DNA from: Octopus bimaculoides
Taxonomy: Eukaryota
Length of the DNA stretch: 52,474 nt
Reading direction: 5' to 3'
NCBI RefSeq assembly: GCF_001194135.2
Contig: NC_068991.1
Location: 5,308,515 to 5,360,988, forward strand
The notes beneath the pieces are model-generated. The model searched no databases, had not been told where the DNA came from, and worked only from the letters and a program-made list of their open reading frames with translations. Positions 22,922 to 36,542 of the stretch are shown piece by piece. Numbering within the stretch: the first letter of the stretch is position 1; each line of letters begins with the position of its first letter. A program made the translations under genes and the position numbers.

Positions 22922-23494
22922 TATACATAATATATGGCGAGGACTTTATTAAATGAAGACAATGGCAGAAATAGTCATTTATTTGTTTTATTTGTTTAGA
23001 AGATGCTGTCAATAGAAATCACATTAAATGAAAAGGCCACAGCTTGTTTTTCTAACATGTCCCATAATTGAAATCTTTCTAATGATAACACACAAGAATG
23101 GTGAGTTAATTACAAATATAAATTGCATTGGAATTCTTTACCTTTATTTGTTTTTTCTGATGCGGGATATTTCAAAGCTATATATAAATTATTGATTTCC
23201 ATGCCTCATGCAGTAATTTTGTTGTTGTTTTCATTCTATTTTTATCCGTTTCATGTATTTTAAATATTATATTCTTCAATGTTTTTCCACTTAGAGCATC
23301 AAGCATAGATTCAGGAATCGTATCTGCGTGCAGCCATATCCTCTCTCTATGAGTGTGTGCGCCCGTGCATAATACNNNNNNNNNNNNNNNNNNNNNNNNN
23401 NNNNNNNNNNNNNNNNNNNNNNNNNNNNNNNNNNNNNNNNNNNNNNNNNNNNNNNNNNNNNNNNNNNNNNNNNNNNNNNNNNNNNNNNNNNNNN

Positions 23495-23553
23495 CTTCTG
23501 AGTGGATTTGCTAGATGAAGACTGAAAAAAAGCCCGTCGTACATATATATATG
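23495..23553 (+). mobile_element. SINE family A fragment emerging from a gap
   Basis: tgagtggatttgctagatgaagactgaaaaaaagcccgtcgtacatatat. Confidence 0.75.
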
Positions 23554-23567
23554 ATGTCGAACTGTAA

Positions 23568-23633
23568 AGCGCCTGAAGAATGGCTGCTACGTAGTTTCGT
23601 TGCCATGCTAAGGTTTTCTGCCAGCTCACCGCG
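23568..23633 (-). mobile_element. SINE family B head fragment
   Basis: tgctaaggttttctgccagctcaccgc is the reverse complement of the head gcggcgagctggcagaaacgttagca. Confidence 0.65.
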
Positions 23634-23960
23634 TGCCTTTGTCGTAATGATTCTGTTTTCATAACAGTCATAAGCTGTTGTCATCTACTTTATTGTTTGT
23701 TTTACCTTTTCTCTCTTCCTTTTTGTTTTTATACTCCATGTAAAATGTCCACTGGTTCAACAAAATATTTTACGGTGCTTAAGAATGTTAAGGGATATTT
23801 GTTCTTGTTCTCTCTGCAGATTCCGAAAACCCTTTCATGTTGGCAAAATTAAATTCTAGTCGAGCGGATATATTCACATCTTACCGCCCGGTAGATCATC
23901 CTAAATGGCCCCAAAGTTATCCCTAATTTGAAAATATTTTTATTATTAGTATTCCAAGAA

Positions 23961-24114
23961 AGGCAGCAGAATCGTTAGCAAACCGGACAAAATTCTCCGT
24001 GGCATTTCGTCCGTCTTTATAGTTCTAAGTTCAAATTTCACCAAGGTATATTTTACTTTTCATTCATTCGTGATCGATAAGATAATACTAGTTGAGTATG
24101 TCATCGACTTAACC
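23961..24114 (+). mobile_element. SINE family B, diverged, runs into gap
   Basis: ggcagcagaatcgttagc...aagttcaaatttc...atcgacttaacc. Confidence 0.75.
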
Positions 24115-24990
24115 NNNNNNNNNNNNNNNNNNNNNNNNNNNNNNNNNNNNNNNNNNNNNNNNNNNNNNNNNNNNNNNNNNNNNNNNNNNNNNNNNNNNNN
24201 NNNNNNNNNNNNNNNNNNNNNNNNNNNNNNNNNNNNNNNNNNNNNNNNNNNNNNNNNNNNNNNNNNNNNNNNNNNNNNNNNNNNNNNNNNNNNNNNNNNN
24301 NNNNNNNNNNNNNNNNNNNNNNNNNNNNNNNNNNNNNNNNNNNNNNNNNNNNNNNNNNNNNNNNNNNNNNNNNNNNNNNNNNNNNNNNNNNNNNNNNNNN
24401 NNNNNNNNNNNNNNNNNNNNNNNNNNNNNNNNNNNNNNNNNNNNNNNNNNNNNNNNNNNNNNNNNNNNNNNNNNNNNNNNNNNNNNNNNNNNNNNNNNNN
24501 NNNNNNNNNNNNNNNNNNNNNNNNNNNNNNNNNNNNNNNNNNNNNNNNNNNNNNNNNNNNNNNNNNNNNNNNNNNNNNNNNNNNNNNNNNNNNNNNNNNN
24601 NNNNNNNNNNNNNNNNNNNNNNNNNNNNNNNNNNNNNNNNNNNNNNNNNNNNNNNNNNNNNNNNNNNNNNNNNNNNNNNNNNNNNNNNNNNNNNNNNNNN
24701 NNNNNNNNNNNNNNNNNNNNNNNNNNNNNNNNNNNNNNNNNNNNNNNNNNNNNNNNNNNNNNNNNNNNNNNNNNNNNNNNNNNNNNNNNNNNNNNNNNNN
24801 NNNNNNNNNNNNNNNNNNNNNNNNNNNNNNNNNNNNNNNNNNNNNNNNNNNNNNNNNNNNNNNNNNNNNNNNNNNNNNNNNNNNNNNNNNNNNNNNNNNN
24901 NNNNNNNNNNNNNNNNNNNNNNNNNNNNNNNNNNNNNNNNNNNNNNNNNNNNNNNNNNNNNNNNNNNNNNNNNNNNNNNNNTATATATAT

Positions 24991-25035
<45 letters not shown>

Positions 25036-25477
25036 ATGAGCGATAGTGGTGTCAATTAGAACCAGAAGTTTCAGGTAATGCTGAGTAATTGTTATTTTAT
25101 GTTGTTAGAGCGTTTAATCGTTAGTGTGTGTGTGCGCGTGTGTGTGTGTCTTCGACTTTCTATTACTCTCCACATATTTCAATGTCTAAGTATATATCAC
25201 TATTTGTCGTCGAGTGATATTTCGTGTATGTTTCTATATTTTTTATTGTCGTTGGTATATAAGTTTACGCGTGTATATCTCTTTATACACCTAATTGTAC
25301 CTCTGTATGGCATGAAGTCTTACATGGTGCTTATGTAAGTCTTTGTGTGAATGCATCTCTTTTCTACCACACGTATCTGATATAAAATAGTAATCTTAGG
25401 AACATTATTACATTTATATTTCATTATTTCGTATGAAATCATAACAAATCTACTTTGATGTTATACGAGGATAATGT

Positions 25478-25605
25478 GATGAAGTTTACATGTATACATA
25501 TAGATACATACATACATACATACATATATATATGTATGCATATATATATATACATATGTATATATATACATATATATATATATATGTACATATATATACG
25601 TATGC

Positions 25606-25671
<66 letters not shown>

Positions 25672-25690
25672 GTGTGTGTTTATATACATA
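25478..25690. repeat. Degenerate (TA)/(TACA) alternating purine-pyrimidine array
   Basis: Directly visible. Confidence 0.93.
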
Positions 25691-26334
25691 TGAGTGGGTG
25701 TACATCATTGTCTGGTTGGGTGTTATAGTGTAGACAGCGGGCAAAGAATAACACTGAGGGAGAAGGGAAAAAAGTTGGAGACAAAGACAAAAGTGTTTAC
25801 AAAGCAAAGAAGGCCAATAAGTATGTTCATTGTTTATAGTACATACGGCACATGTATACCAACACACACCCACGTACACAGAAATGTATATATGTATATA
25901 TATGCGTGTGAATACGTGAGCAAATACATACATACATACACACATATATACACAGATAATGTAATCGGTCAGTAATCAGTGTTGTTCAGTATCTCTCCGC
26001 TGATTAATGAGGTATTGGGAAAAAAGTACTAGCATTACTAGCTGAATGCATTGATTGTTACTTTGTGGTCAACTTCAATATTGTTCTTTTATGGCTGCAG
26101 GTAACTATCAGATGTGGAGAAGAATGTTCATTCTTTGTTTCTGTTGACTGCTTTTCTGTCACTGTTGATAACCTACTTTCTCATTACAATATTAATAAAT
26201 TTGTTGCTGCAACAACTTTTGTCTTGAGTGTTTGTTTTCAGTTATACAATTTCTACATCATTTATTGCCGTTTGTTTGATTCTGTTTATTGGTTGTATAC
26301 ACATATTATATTTTCCTGCAATATATGATGAAAT

Positions 26335-26365
26335 AGGTGTAGGTATAGCTGTGTAATTAAGAAGC
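26335..26365 (+). mobile_element. SINE family A head remnant
   Basis: aggtgtaggtatagctgtgtaattaagaag resembles the heads at 44107 and 48261. Confidence 0.35.
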
Positions 26366-26390
26366 GCGCATGACAACAACGCTGTTTCCT

Positions 26391-26487
26391 GTGTCTTACT
26401 CAAGGAGACAATACGTCACCGGAAATTGAACTCACGACCTTACGATCATGACCCAAATGCCCTAAACACTAAGCCTTCACACTTCAC
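26391..26487 (-). mobile_element. SINE family C head
   Basis: gtgtcttactcaaggagacaatacgtcaccggaaattgaactcacgaccttacgatcatgacccaaatgccctaaacactaagcc. The minus strand has A-box ggcttagtg and B-box gagttcaattt. Confidence 0.75.
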
Positions 26488-26651
26488 AATAAACAAAGTA
26501 TTTTAATCATTTTTTTAATGCAATTCCTAATAACATTTAATTATGAAGATATAATAGGGTTTTAAAACCATTAAATGGCTATGGGGAACTCCAAGGAATA
26601 AAACAGGCATCGAAGGAGTCCTTAACAATAACAAAATGGTTGAGACTCACT

Positions 26652-26742
26652 CTCCTAGATACACGATGGTTGAAAACACTTTAAGATGAAATGGTAAGTG
26701 CTGGGATATTTTTGATAATAAATTTCCTCTGTTAAGTCTGAA
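26652..26742 (+). repeat. Unnamed dispersed repeat E, internal fragment
   Basis: Resembles a recalled octopus repeat (cctagatacact...gatggtcacggctggaatgcctttgatc). Weak match to 28090-28150. Confidence 0.3.
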
Positions 26743-27527
26743 TTGTGAATAAGCGACGACAACAACTTTTGCATGCGCTGTTACTTAGCCATCAGGCTAA
26801 GTCTGTAGAGAGCAGACATGACGAAATATATAACAGTCGTGATGCTAATGTATCTATTGGGTAACGCAAACTACATCATCAAGTGAGTACTTAGCAGATT
26901 TATCACGGCAGTTTATTATATGAGGTTGATTTGAAATCTCCACTAGCTCGAAGCCACAGTAGGCTTCTGGAAAATTGAATTTATAATTTTGAATAAAGCA
27001 AATAAAAGAAATGCGATGTGTTTGCTTTTCACCATTATTCTATGGAAGTCTGCTGGATCAGGCTTGAGCTGGGAGTTAAACAGCAATTACCAAAACAATA
27101 AGAACTACTGCTACTACTACTACTACTACCACTACCACCACCACTGCTACTACTACTACCATTATTGTAACCATTGCAAGTTTTAACAGTAGTATCCCAC
27201 GCACAGCACACAACTCCTATATCAATCAAAATATCTCATGGCTACCACTAGCATCACAACTTTCAACAACACACCTAATAACATCACCACCACCACCACC
27301 ACCAAAACTAACAACAACAACGACAACTACGACACATAGTTCCGTCCCCCTTCAACGCTAACACAATAACATCTTCGCAATTAATACTGCCAAGTCTAAT
27401 GTATGTCAACAAACTTAGCGTTTGCTTCATTTCACTCGGGGCATTGCCCGTCATAATGATCGTCATAGCGCCAACATCACAATCATCATCAACATGAACC
27501 TGCGACAATACCATCAATATGGTTATT

Positions 27528-27660
27528 CGACCTGCTATAAATAGCAGTCAGATGGCCCTCACATTCTTGGATCAACCGTCTTAGAAAAAGACACGTTATG
27601 CAATGAAGTCCGGGGTTTCAGGAAAGCATAGCGAGATGACTAAGATTAGATTGCTTGATT
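27528..27660 (+). repeat. Unnamed dispersed repeat E copy
   Basis: cgacctgctataaatagcagtcagatggccctcacattc...ccgtcttagaaaaagacacg shares its start with 28018-28060. Confidence 0.5.
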
Positions 27661-28017
27661 AAGAAATTAAGAGATGATTAACAATGGCTCTGGATTTGTG
27701 TAGTCCGCGCTTTCGTTGTGCTCTTCCAATGTTGTTCTGTTCGTAGGATGTGGCACCTCTGTTGGAGCAGCTTGGCCAGGCAGGGTGGTCTCGTGTTTGC
27801 ATTTCTCATGTGTTCATTTGCCCGTGGGCCAATAACGCTGCTAAAACGGCCGTCATCACAATCATTCACCGCCGCCACCTCTAAGCATCTGATAAACATC
27901 ACCCACAACTCCACCACCACCACCAGTAGCAGTAATAGTAATAGCACCACCTTCATCACCGACGCCAATGCCACCTCTATTGGGACCCAAGTTGACCTCC
28001 AATACAAACGAAGAAAC

Positions 28018-28165
28018 GCTGCTAGAAATAACAGCCAAATTTGCCTCAAATCATATTCTATCCTCAAAAATACACGATATACTGAAACGTTGTAGTTTTC
28101 TGATATGCTGTAAGACTTGATGGCCACGACTGGAAAGACTTTGATGGTAGACTCTATCGATTAAT
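28018..28165 (+). repeat. Unnamed dispersed repeat E copy
   Basis: ctgctagaaataacagccaaatttgcctcaaatcat...gatggccacgactggaaagactttgatggtag. Confidence 0.55.
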
Positions 28166-28730
28166 CTTAACTGAAAAGGAGCTGCACAAAAACAACTACA
28201 ACATCTAAAATGCCACCATCGCATCCTTACCGCCCACACCACTGACATCCGCACGACCATTAGCGCCGTCATCATCAACATCGTCATCACAAACTACAAC
28301 AAAAGCAGCAGCAACAACATCATCAACAACAACAACAGGATCTTTTAAATTAGGTCTCATGAAAATCACCATCATTTTCGCATCAATGTGACGACGATCG
28401 ACACCGCCATCACTGATCCCACCCCACCCCCCGTTCACTTCACCACGATCGGAAACATACCTAACATTACGAGATGAACGCCACTGCCAACGCCAACACA
28501 AATATCAACCACACCATCGCCATCGTAATTCAACAGATATATACCACCACCGTCACCACCACCACCACCGCCGCCGCCGCCGCCGCCGCCACCACCATCA
28601 ACGTCGGCAAACGTTCGCCTTCACTATCATCTCAAATCACCGTCATTTTTAAAACGATTATCGCCAGCACCACCGCCGCCACCATCAACGCCAGCAGCTC
28701 ACCGACAAATCTACCACTACTTCCGCCATC

Positions 28731-28762
<32 letters not shown>

Positions 28763-28984
28763 CCTCTTTCGACGTCGTCAGCGTCTTTGGCGTCATTATC
28801 ATCATGATCATCATCATCGTCATAGTGTCGTTGCCGCCGGAGAAGTAAAGCGTTAACCAACATGGCCGTTCGTATCAAAAATTAGCTCGTAATAAACTGT
28901 TTTTTGTCTTTGTTTTTGAGATTTTACTCAATAATGGAATATCCAGTCTTCTTCTAATTGAATATATTCATGATTCTCCTCGTT

Positions 28985-29085
<101 letters not shown>

Positions 29086-29481
29086 TTTCATCCTCTTTCT
29101 TCCTCTTTTTCTATCCATTTATACCTCTTTCTTTCATCCCTTCGCCCTCTTCCTTTGGCTCTCGTAGGCAATCGTTCATACTCTCTATCTATCCCTCTCT
29201 CATCTTATACCTCTCCATCTGTCTCACGAACACTCTCCCTCTCCCTTTCCCTCTCTCGCTCACACACTCTCTTCACCAATCTTTCTCCTCCCTTTCACTC
29301 TCATTCTTACTCACTAACACTGTCTGTCTCTATCTCCCTCTCTGCCTTACATGTCGGTCACTTTCTTTCGAGATTTTTGGTCCCCGAATCTGTGTCTGTC
29401 TTCTTTCTATCTTCTTCTTCTTCTTATTATTATTATTATTATTATTATTTTTTTTTTTCTTCTTCTTCTTCTTCTTCTTCT

Positions 29482-29512
<31 letters not shown>

Positions 29513-30362
29513 ATTTCTGTCATTTTCTTATATCTATCTATATATATANNNNNNNNNNNNNNNNNNNNNNNNNNNNNNNNNNNNNNNNNNNNNNNNNNNN
29601 NNNNNNNNNNNNNNNNNNNNNNNNNNNNNNNNNNNNNNNNNNNNNNNNNNNNNNNNNNNNNNNNNNNNNNNNNNNNNNNNNNNNNNNNNNNNNNNNNNNN
29701 NNNNNNNNNNNNNNNNNNNNNNNNNNNNNNNNNNNNNNNNNNNNNNNNNNNNNNNNNNNNNNNNNNNNNNNNNNNNNNNNNNNNNNNNNNNNNNNNNNNN
29801 NNNNNNNNNNNNNNNNNNNNNNNNNNNNNNNNNNNNNNNNNNNNNNNNNNNNNNNNNNNNNNNNNNNNNNNNNNNNNNNNNNNNNNNNNNNNNNNNNNNN
29901 NNNNNNNNNNNNNNNNNNNNNNNNNNNNNNNNNNNNNNNNNNNNNNNNNNNNNNNNNNNNNNNNNNNNNNNNNNNNNNNNNNNNNNNNNNNNNNNNNNNN
30001 NNNNNNNNNNNNNNNNNNNNNNNNNNNNNNNNNNNNNNNNNNNNNNNNNNNNNNNNNNNNNNNNNNNNNNNNNNNNNNNNNNNNNNNNNNNNNNNNNNNN
30101 NNNNNNNNNNNNNNNNNNNNNNNNNNNNNNNNNNNNNNNNNNNNNNNNNNNNNNNNNNNNNNNNNNNNNNNNNNNNNNNNNNNNNNNNNNNNNNNNNNNN
30201 NNNNNNNNNNNNNNNNNNNNNNNNNNNNNNNNNNNNNNNNNNNNNNNNNNNNNNNNNNNNNNNNNNNNNNNNNNNNNNNNTTAAGATGCCTTTCACCTTT
30301 TTTAAACTTGGTCTAAAATCACGGAGAAAATGATGAATTATATGGTAGTCATCTCTATATTA

Positions 30363-30402
<40 letters not shown>

Positions 30403-31035
30403 CTATCTATCTCCTTTCACACGTTTCCTAGCCTCTCCCTTTCTCCCTTTCTCCCTTCCTCCCTCTGTTCCTTCCTATTTTTCTCTCTCCCGCTCATATC
30501 CACCTTCCTCTATCTTTCATTTTAATTAATCGCCTCTTCATTTCTTCTCCCTAAAATTAGTTTTCTTCTCCAACTTCTTCTCATTCTTTTCATTCGTTCT
30601 GTTCTTTTCTAAATTTCATTTTTATTTTTTCGACATTCGTTTTAAAACACATCCTTTGGAGCCTGCAATGTGTATGGGTGTTTGCGTCTCTATGGGCAGC
30701 TGTGTGTGTGCGTGTGTGTCTGTGTGTGTTTGTGTGTGTGTCTTTAGAAGGGTGTTTTGGGGGACAGGTTTCTCCTAATTACCCCCACTTTAACGGTTTA
30801 GGTGAAACCCCTGCATCCCCTTCGCTTTTATCATCTCATTTAGTGTCTCTCTCTCTCTCTACCTCTCTCTCTCTCTCTCCCCACCACTATGTCTTTATGC
30901 ATGTACTTGTGTGTATATGTATGTACATACGTATACATATACATACACGCATACATACATATACACATATATATATACACACATATACACGCACATATAT
31001 ATATACATACATATATATACATATATATGTTTATG

Positions 31036-31090
<55 letters not shown>

Positions 31091-32350
31091 NNNNNNNNNN
31101 NNNNNNNNNNNNNNNNNNNNNNNNNNNNNNNNNNNNNNNNNNNNNNNNNNNNNNNNNNNNNNNNNNNNNNNNNNNNNNNNNNNNNNNNNNNNNNNNNNNN
31201 NNNNNNNNNNNNNNNNNNNNNNNNNNNNNNNNNNNNNNNNNNNNNNNNNNNNNNNNNNNNNNNNNNNNNNNNNNNNNNNNNNNNNNNNNNNNNNNNNNNN
31301 NNNNNNNNNNNNNNNNNNNNNNNNNNNNNNNNNNNNNNNNNNNNNNNNNNNNNNNNNNNNNNNNNNNNNNNNNNNNNNNNNNNNNNNNNNNNNNNNNNNN
31401 NNNNNNNNNNNNNNNNNNNNNNNNNNNNNNNNNNNNNNNNNNNNNNNNNNNNNNNNNNNNNNNNNNNNNNNNNNNNNNNNNNNNNNNNNNNNNNNNNNNN
31501 NNNNNNNNNNNNNNNNNNNNNNNNNNNNNNNNNNNNNNNNNNNNNNNNNNNNNNNNNNNNNNNNNNNNNNNNNNNNNNNNNNNNNNNNNNNNNNNNNNNN
31601 NNNNNNNNNNNNNNNNNNNNNNNNNNNNNNNNNNNNNNNNNNNNNNNNNNNNNNNNNNNNNNNNNNNNNNNNNNNNNNNNNNATATACATATAAATACCT
31701 AGCTACACATGTATGTATATATGTGTGTTTTGCTGCTTTTATCAGGAATAACAATACCATCATCATCATCATCATCATCATCATCCTCATCATCCTCATC
31801 ATCATCATCATCATTACCAGTATTGCACACATTATTAGCCGCTTCACAGTCGCTATCATCGACATTATCATTAGTCTCGGCTTTATCACGTTCCCCACCA
31901 CCTCCTCCAGCGTCGGCTTCGCTGTTATTTCCTTCGCCAATACCATGATTAACATCACCAACAACATCATTGTTAGCAGCAGCAGCAGCAGCAGCAGAAT
32001 TGTATCTTCATTATCACCATTAATGTTAATTATCATCATCATCATCATCAAACCAACTATAGCGTAATAATTATTTGTCCCACACTCCTCTCCACACCTG
32101 ACCACCACACTTCAGCCTTGAAGAACACGAGAAATGCTCACCGCAGCACACACACACACACACACACACACGCCAATAATAATCAGCAGCAGTAGTGGTA
32201 GCAACAGCCATAACAACAGGCAGAGCATCATCATCATCTTTATTAACATCATCATCCTCCACCTCCTCTCCTTCCTCCCTTGTTCCTCTTCCTTATCTTA
32301 CTCATCATCATCATCGTCGTCATTGTCATCATCATCAGCATCAGCATCAG

Positions 32351-32406
<56 letters not shown>

Positions 32407-33612
32407 CCATCATCATCACCATCATCATCAGCTTCATTAACATCATTATCCGCCAACTCCTCCCTTGCTCCTCCCCTTTATCATCATCATCATCATCATC
32501 ATCATCATTGTCGTCTTCCTCCTCCTTCTGCTCATCATCATCATCATCATTATCATCAGCAGCATCGTCCCTATAATNNNNNNNNNNNNNNNNNNNNNNN
32601 NNNNNNNNNNNNNNNNNNNNNNNNNNNNNNNNNNNNNNNNNNNNNNNNNNNNNNNNNNNNNNNNNNNNNNNNNNNNNNNNNNNNNNNNNNNNNNNNNNNN
32701 NNNNNNNNNNNNNNNNNNNNNNNNNNNNNNNNNNNNNNNNNNNNNNNNNNNNNNNNNNNNNNNNNNNNNNNNNNNNNNNNNNNNNNNNNNNNNNNNNNNN
32801 NNNNNNNNNNNNNNNNNNNNNNNNNNNNNNNNNNNNNNNNNNNNNNNNNNNNNNNNNNNNNNNNNNNNNNNNNNNNNNNNNNNNNNNNNNNNNNNNNNNN
32901 NNNNNNNNNNNNNNNNNNNNNNNNNNNNNNNNNNNNNNNNNNNNNNNNNNNNNNNNNNNNNNNNNNNNNNNNNNNNNNNNNNNNNNNNNNNNNNNNNNNN
33001 NNNNNNNNNNNNNNNNNNNNNNNNNNNNNNNNNNNNNNNTCATGACCACCATCATCATCATCATCATCATCAACACCACCACCATCATCATCATCATCAT
33101 CACCACCATGACCACCATCATCATGACCATCATCATCATCATCATCACCACCATGACCACCACCACCATCATCATGACCATCATCATCATCATCATCACC
33201 ACCATAATCATCACCATGACCATCATCACCACCGTGACCATCATCATCATCATGATCATCATCGTCATTATGATCATCATCATCATGGTGGCCGTCGTCG
33301 TCGTTGTCGTCGTCGTCGTCGTCGTCGTCGTCATCGTCAGCTTCGGCGTTATCGTCATCGTCATCATCATTCGTCGCCATCTTGATCACCATGATCTTTA
33401 TCAGAACGACCATAGCCGAATAATTTCCAGTTCGCATTCGAAACTGCTGGTGCTAGAAGATAACCATCAACACCGCCACCGCCACCACATCCACGACGAC
33501 CACCACCACCATCATCATCATCAGTAGCATTAACAACAACAGCAACAGCATCAGCAGCAGTGATACTAATCGCACCTTTACTTCCAACGGAATCATAAGA
33601 CAACATCTTAGT

Positions 33613-33673
33613 CGCCATCTTCTGTTACCATGGCAATAGCTGAGTGTCATAAACGTGTTTAGTGCTGACGTCG
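33613..33673. promoter_or_regulatory. Candidate motif cluster: YY1-like site, RFX X-box, CRE-like site
   Basis: cgccatctt (33613-33621), gttaccatggcaat (33624-33637; X-box consensus GTTRCCATGGNAAC with one terminal mismatch) and tgacgtcg (33666-33673). Motif match only. Confidence 0.25.
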
Positions 33674-33792
33674 TCATTACTGAAGTTTTCACACTTTACT
33701 AAAGATTCATCAATTTTGCTGCTGCTGCTGCTACTACTGCTGCAGCTATACCAGTAGCGGTAGAAGTCACGATGCGGCATCACAGAACACGA

Positions 33793-34453
<661 letters not shown>

Positions 34454-34504
34454 CCACATACATACATACGTGTGCGTGTGTATGCATGTTTATGTCTCTG
34501 TCTC

Positions 34505-34712
34505 TCTGTGTTTGTGGTTGTCCTCTCTCTACCACATGATCAGCGGTGTTGCTTGGTTTACATCCCATAGCTTAGCGGATCGGCCTAGGAGATGAGCAGA
34601 AGTAGTAAAACATTTACAAAATTTTTAAAAAATAGGGTCAATTTCTTTTATTACAACCATTTAAGGCCGAGCCATAGCATGGCTGCATTTCTATGACTGA
34701 AATAAGTTCAAA
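34505..34712 (+). mobile_element. SINE family A, diverged 3' half
   Basis: gtttacatcccatagcttagcggatcggc...tagcatggctgcatttctatgactgaaataag is collinear with 48470-48659. Confidence 0.65.
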
Positions 34713-35423
34713 GGTCAAAGAAAGCAAATATACCATGAAAAAAGAAAATAGGCACCAGATGTGACATTTTAATAACGAAAGTATATTCCTCCATTGTGGA
34801 GGAATAGTAGTGTGTCATTTGAAGGTATTTGAAAATTCCGATCGACTGCTCTTACTGGAATTATCTCCCTTGCATGGAGTTGTTTTTATTTTAAACACAA
34901 AGTTCAAGATTATTTCTATTAATCGCATTAAGAGTTTAAGTTGACAGAACATTTTTAACGCTCTCCCTTACAAAGTGCAATACTAACAGGTAATAGGATA
35001 CGTTTCATGTCTAAATCAGTATATTACCTGAAGACTCTAGTTTTAGTCTGCAGCGTCATGTTGTACTTCCACTACATATTTGCAAACAAAGACATTACAT
35101 GTTTCCAGGGATACGATTCATTAATATATATTTTTTTTTACTTGCTTTGACTACGTTACTAACCATTTATACAACTTTTATCACTCGTTTTCTCATGAGA
35201 CGCCATTATTCTTTGGCATTTTATACACAATATATCCATTACGCATAGCTTTTTTTTAGATTATATGTATATATTTATATNNNNNNNNNNNNNNNNNNNN
35301 NNNNNNNNNNNNNNNNNNNNNNNNNNNNNNNNNNNNNNNNNNNNNNNNNNNNNNNNNNNNNNNNNNNNNNNNNNNNNNNNNNNNNNNNNNNNNNNNNNNN
35401 NNNNNNNNNNNNNNNNNNNNNNN

Positions 35424-35454
<31 letters not shown>

Positions 35455-36436
35455 CATGTACTATGAGTGCGTAGTTTGCTACAACTCCGGCTTAAACTGC
35501 AGTGAAAAATGTGGTGTTGAGAAGGCGGCAAGTAGTGGTTTCTCTTTGAGTGGGGAGTCATAGATTAAAATAAAAAAGCAACATATTCGTCATCAGACAA
35601 AAACAAGAAAAAATATTATTGAATTTATATAGTAACTATATAGAAATAAAATCTCTTACAGTTCTGTCTAGAAGAGCCAACCATGTTGAACCATAAAGCT
35701 AGGTCGTGCATTATCGGAGAGGGAGAGTTCAGTAAAATATAGAATGAAGAAATATCAGCAATCAAGAATATTAGTAATTTCCAATTTGTCAAAGATGAAG
35801 GCACGTTCAAAGTGAAATAGATACGCTTTAGTCAGTTCTGCGATCGAATATATAGTAGTTATAATTAAGGCCCATTTGCAGTTCGGAAGGAAAATTTTTG
35901 ATAGCATTTTGATGCCACATTTTCTGTGTTTTATGCTAATATATACAGCTTTATCTACTCCCAATTCTACGAATTATTTCTGGTTCACTTGGAGTTTCTA
36001 ATTTCATGTGAAACAAACTTCACACGCACACACTCATATATAACCCCCAAACACATATTTGTATATATGTTCTTTTCACACTCATATATATCTGGCATAG
36101 TTATATTTACAGAAGCATTAACCTTCGTTCTAATACAGAGTTTGAATTTAATTTATTAGGCTATTGGATATAATAAAATCATTTCAAACTAGACCAATAT
36201 TACATACAAATGTTGCAGTCTCTGTATTTCTGAGAAGCTGTGTATATATATCTAAAATGAGTATTTCAGATGATATCACTTGGAAGTATAAATCGAGAAT
36301 TTTCTTGTGATATTTCAAGTTGTATAACAAATGAATGCTTCATAATCTTCCAGAAATTCATAAAGCCAATGAAATTTTCTTCTCTCTCACTCACAGACAC
36401 ACACACACGCACAGACACAGTCGAATCCAAACATAT

Positions 36437-36470
<34 letters not shown>

Positions 36471-36505
36471 CTGTATATATATTTGTATATATATACATAT
36501 ATATA

Positions 36506-36542
<37 letters not shown>

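Noticed and set aside
23800-23925. Strong acceptor ttcttgttctctctgcag with frame DSENPFMLAKLNSSRADIF...
   Set aside because: No convincing donor, homology or partner exon.
27718-28095. 125-aa plus and 149-aa minus ORFs
   Set aside because: They span a trinucleotide tract and a family E repeat, with no domain.
33660-33720. Hammerhead-like core on the minus strand downstream of the Penelope fragment (ttgatga-atctttagtaaagtgt-gaaa)
   Set aside because: Stem II can be drawn, but the conserved C of CUGANGA is missing and stems I and III do not close around an NUH site. An Infernal search with hammerhead models would be needed to revive it.
35670-35820. IIGEGEFSKI*NEEISAIK resembling a kinase glycine-rich loop and VAIK
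   Set aside because: In-frame stop, spacing to the lysine is too short, and no downstream kinase subdomains.
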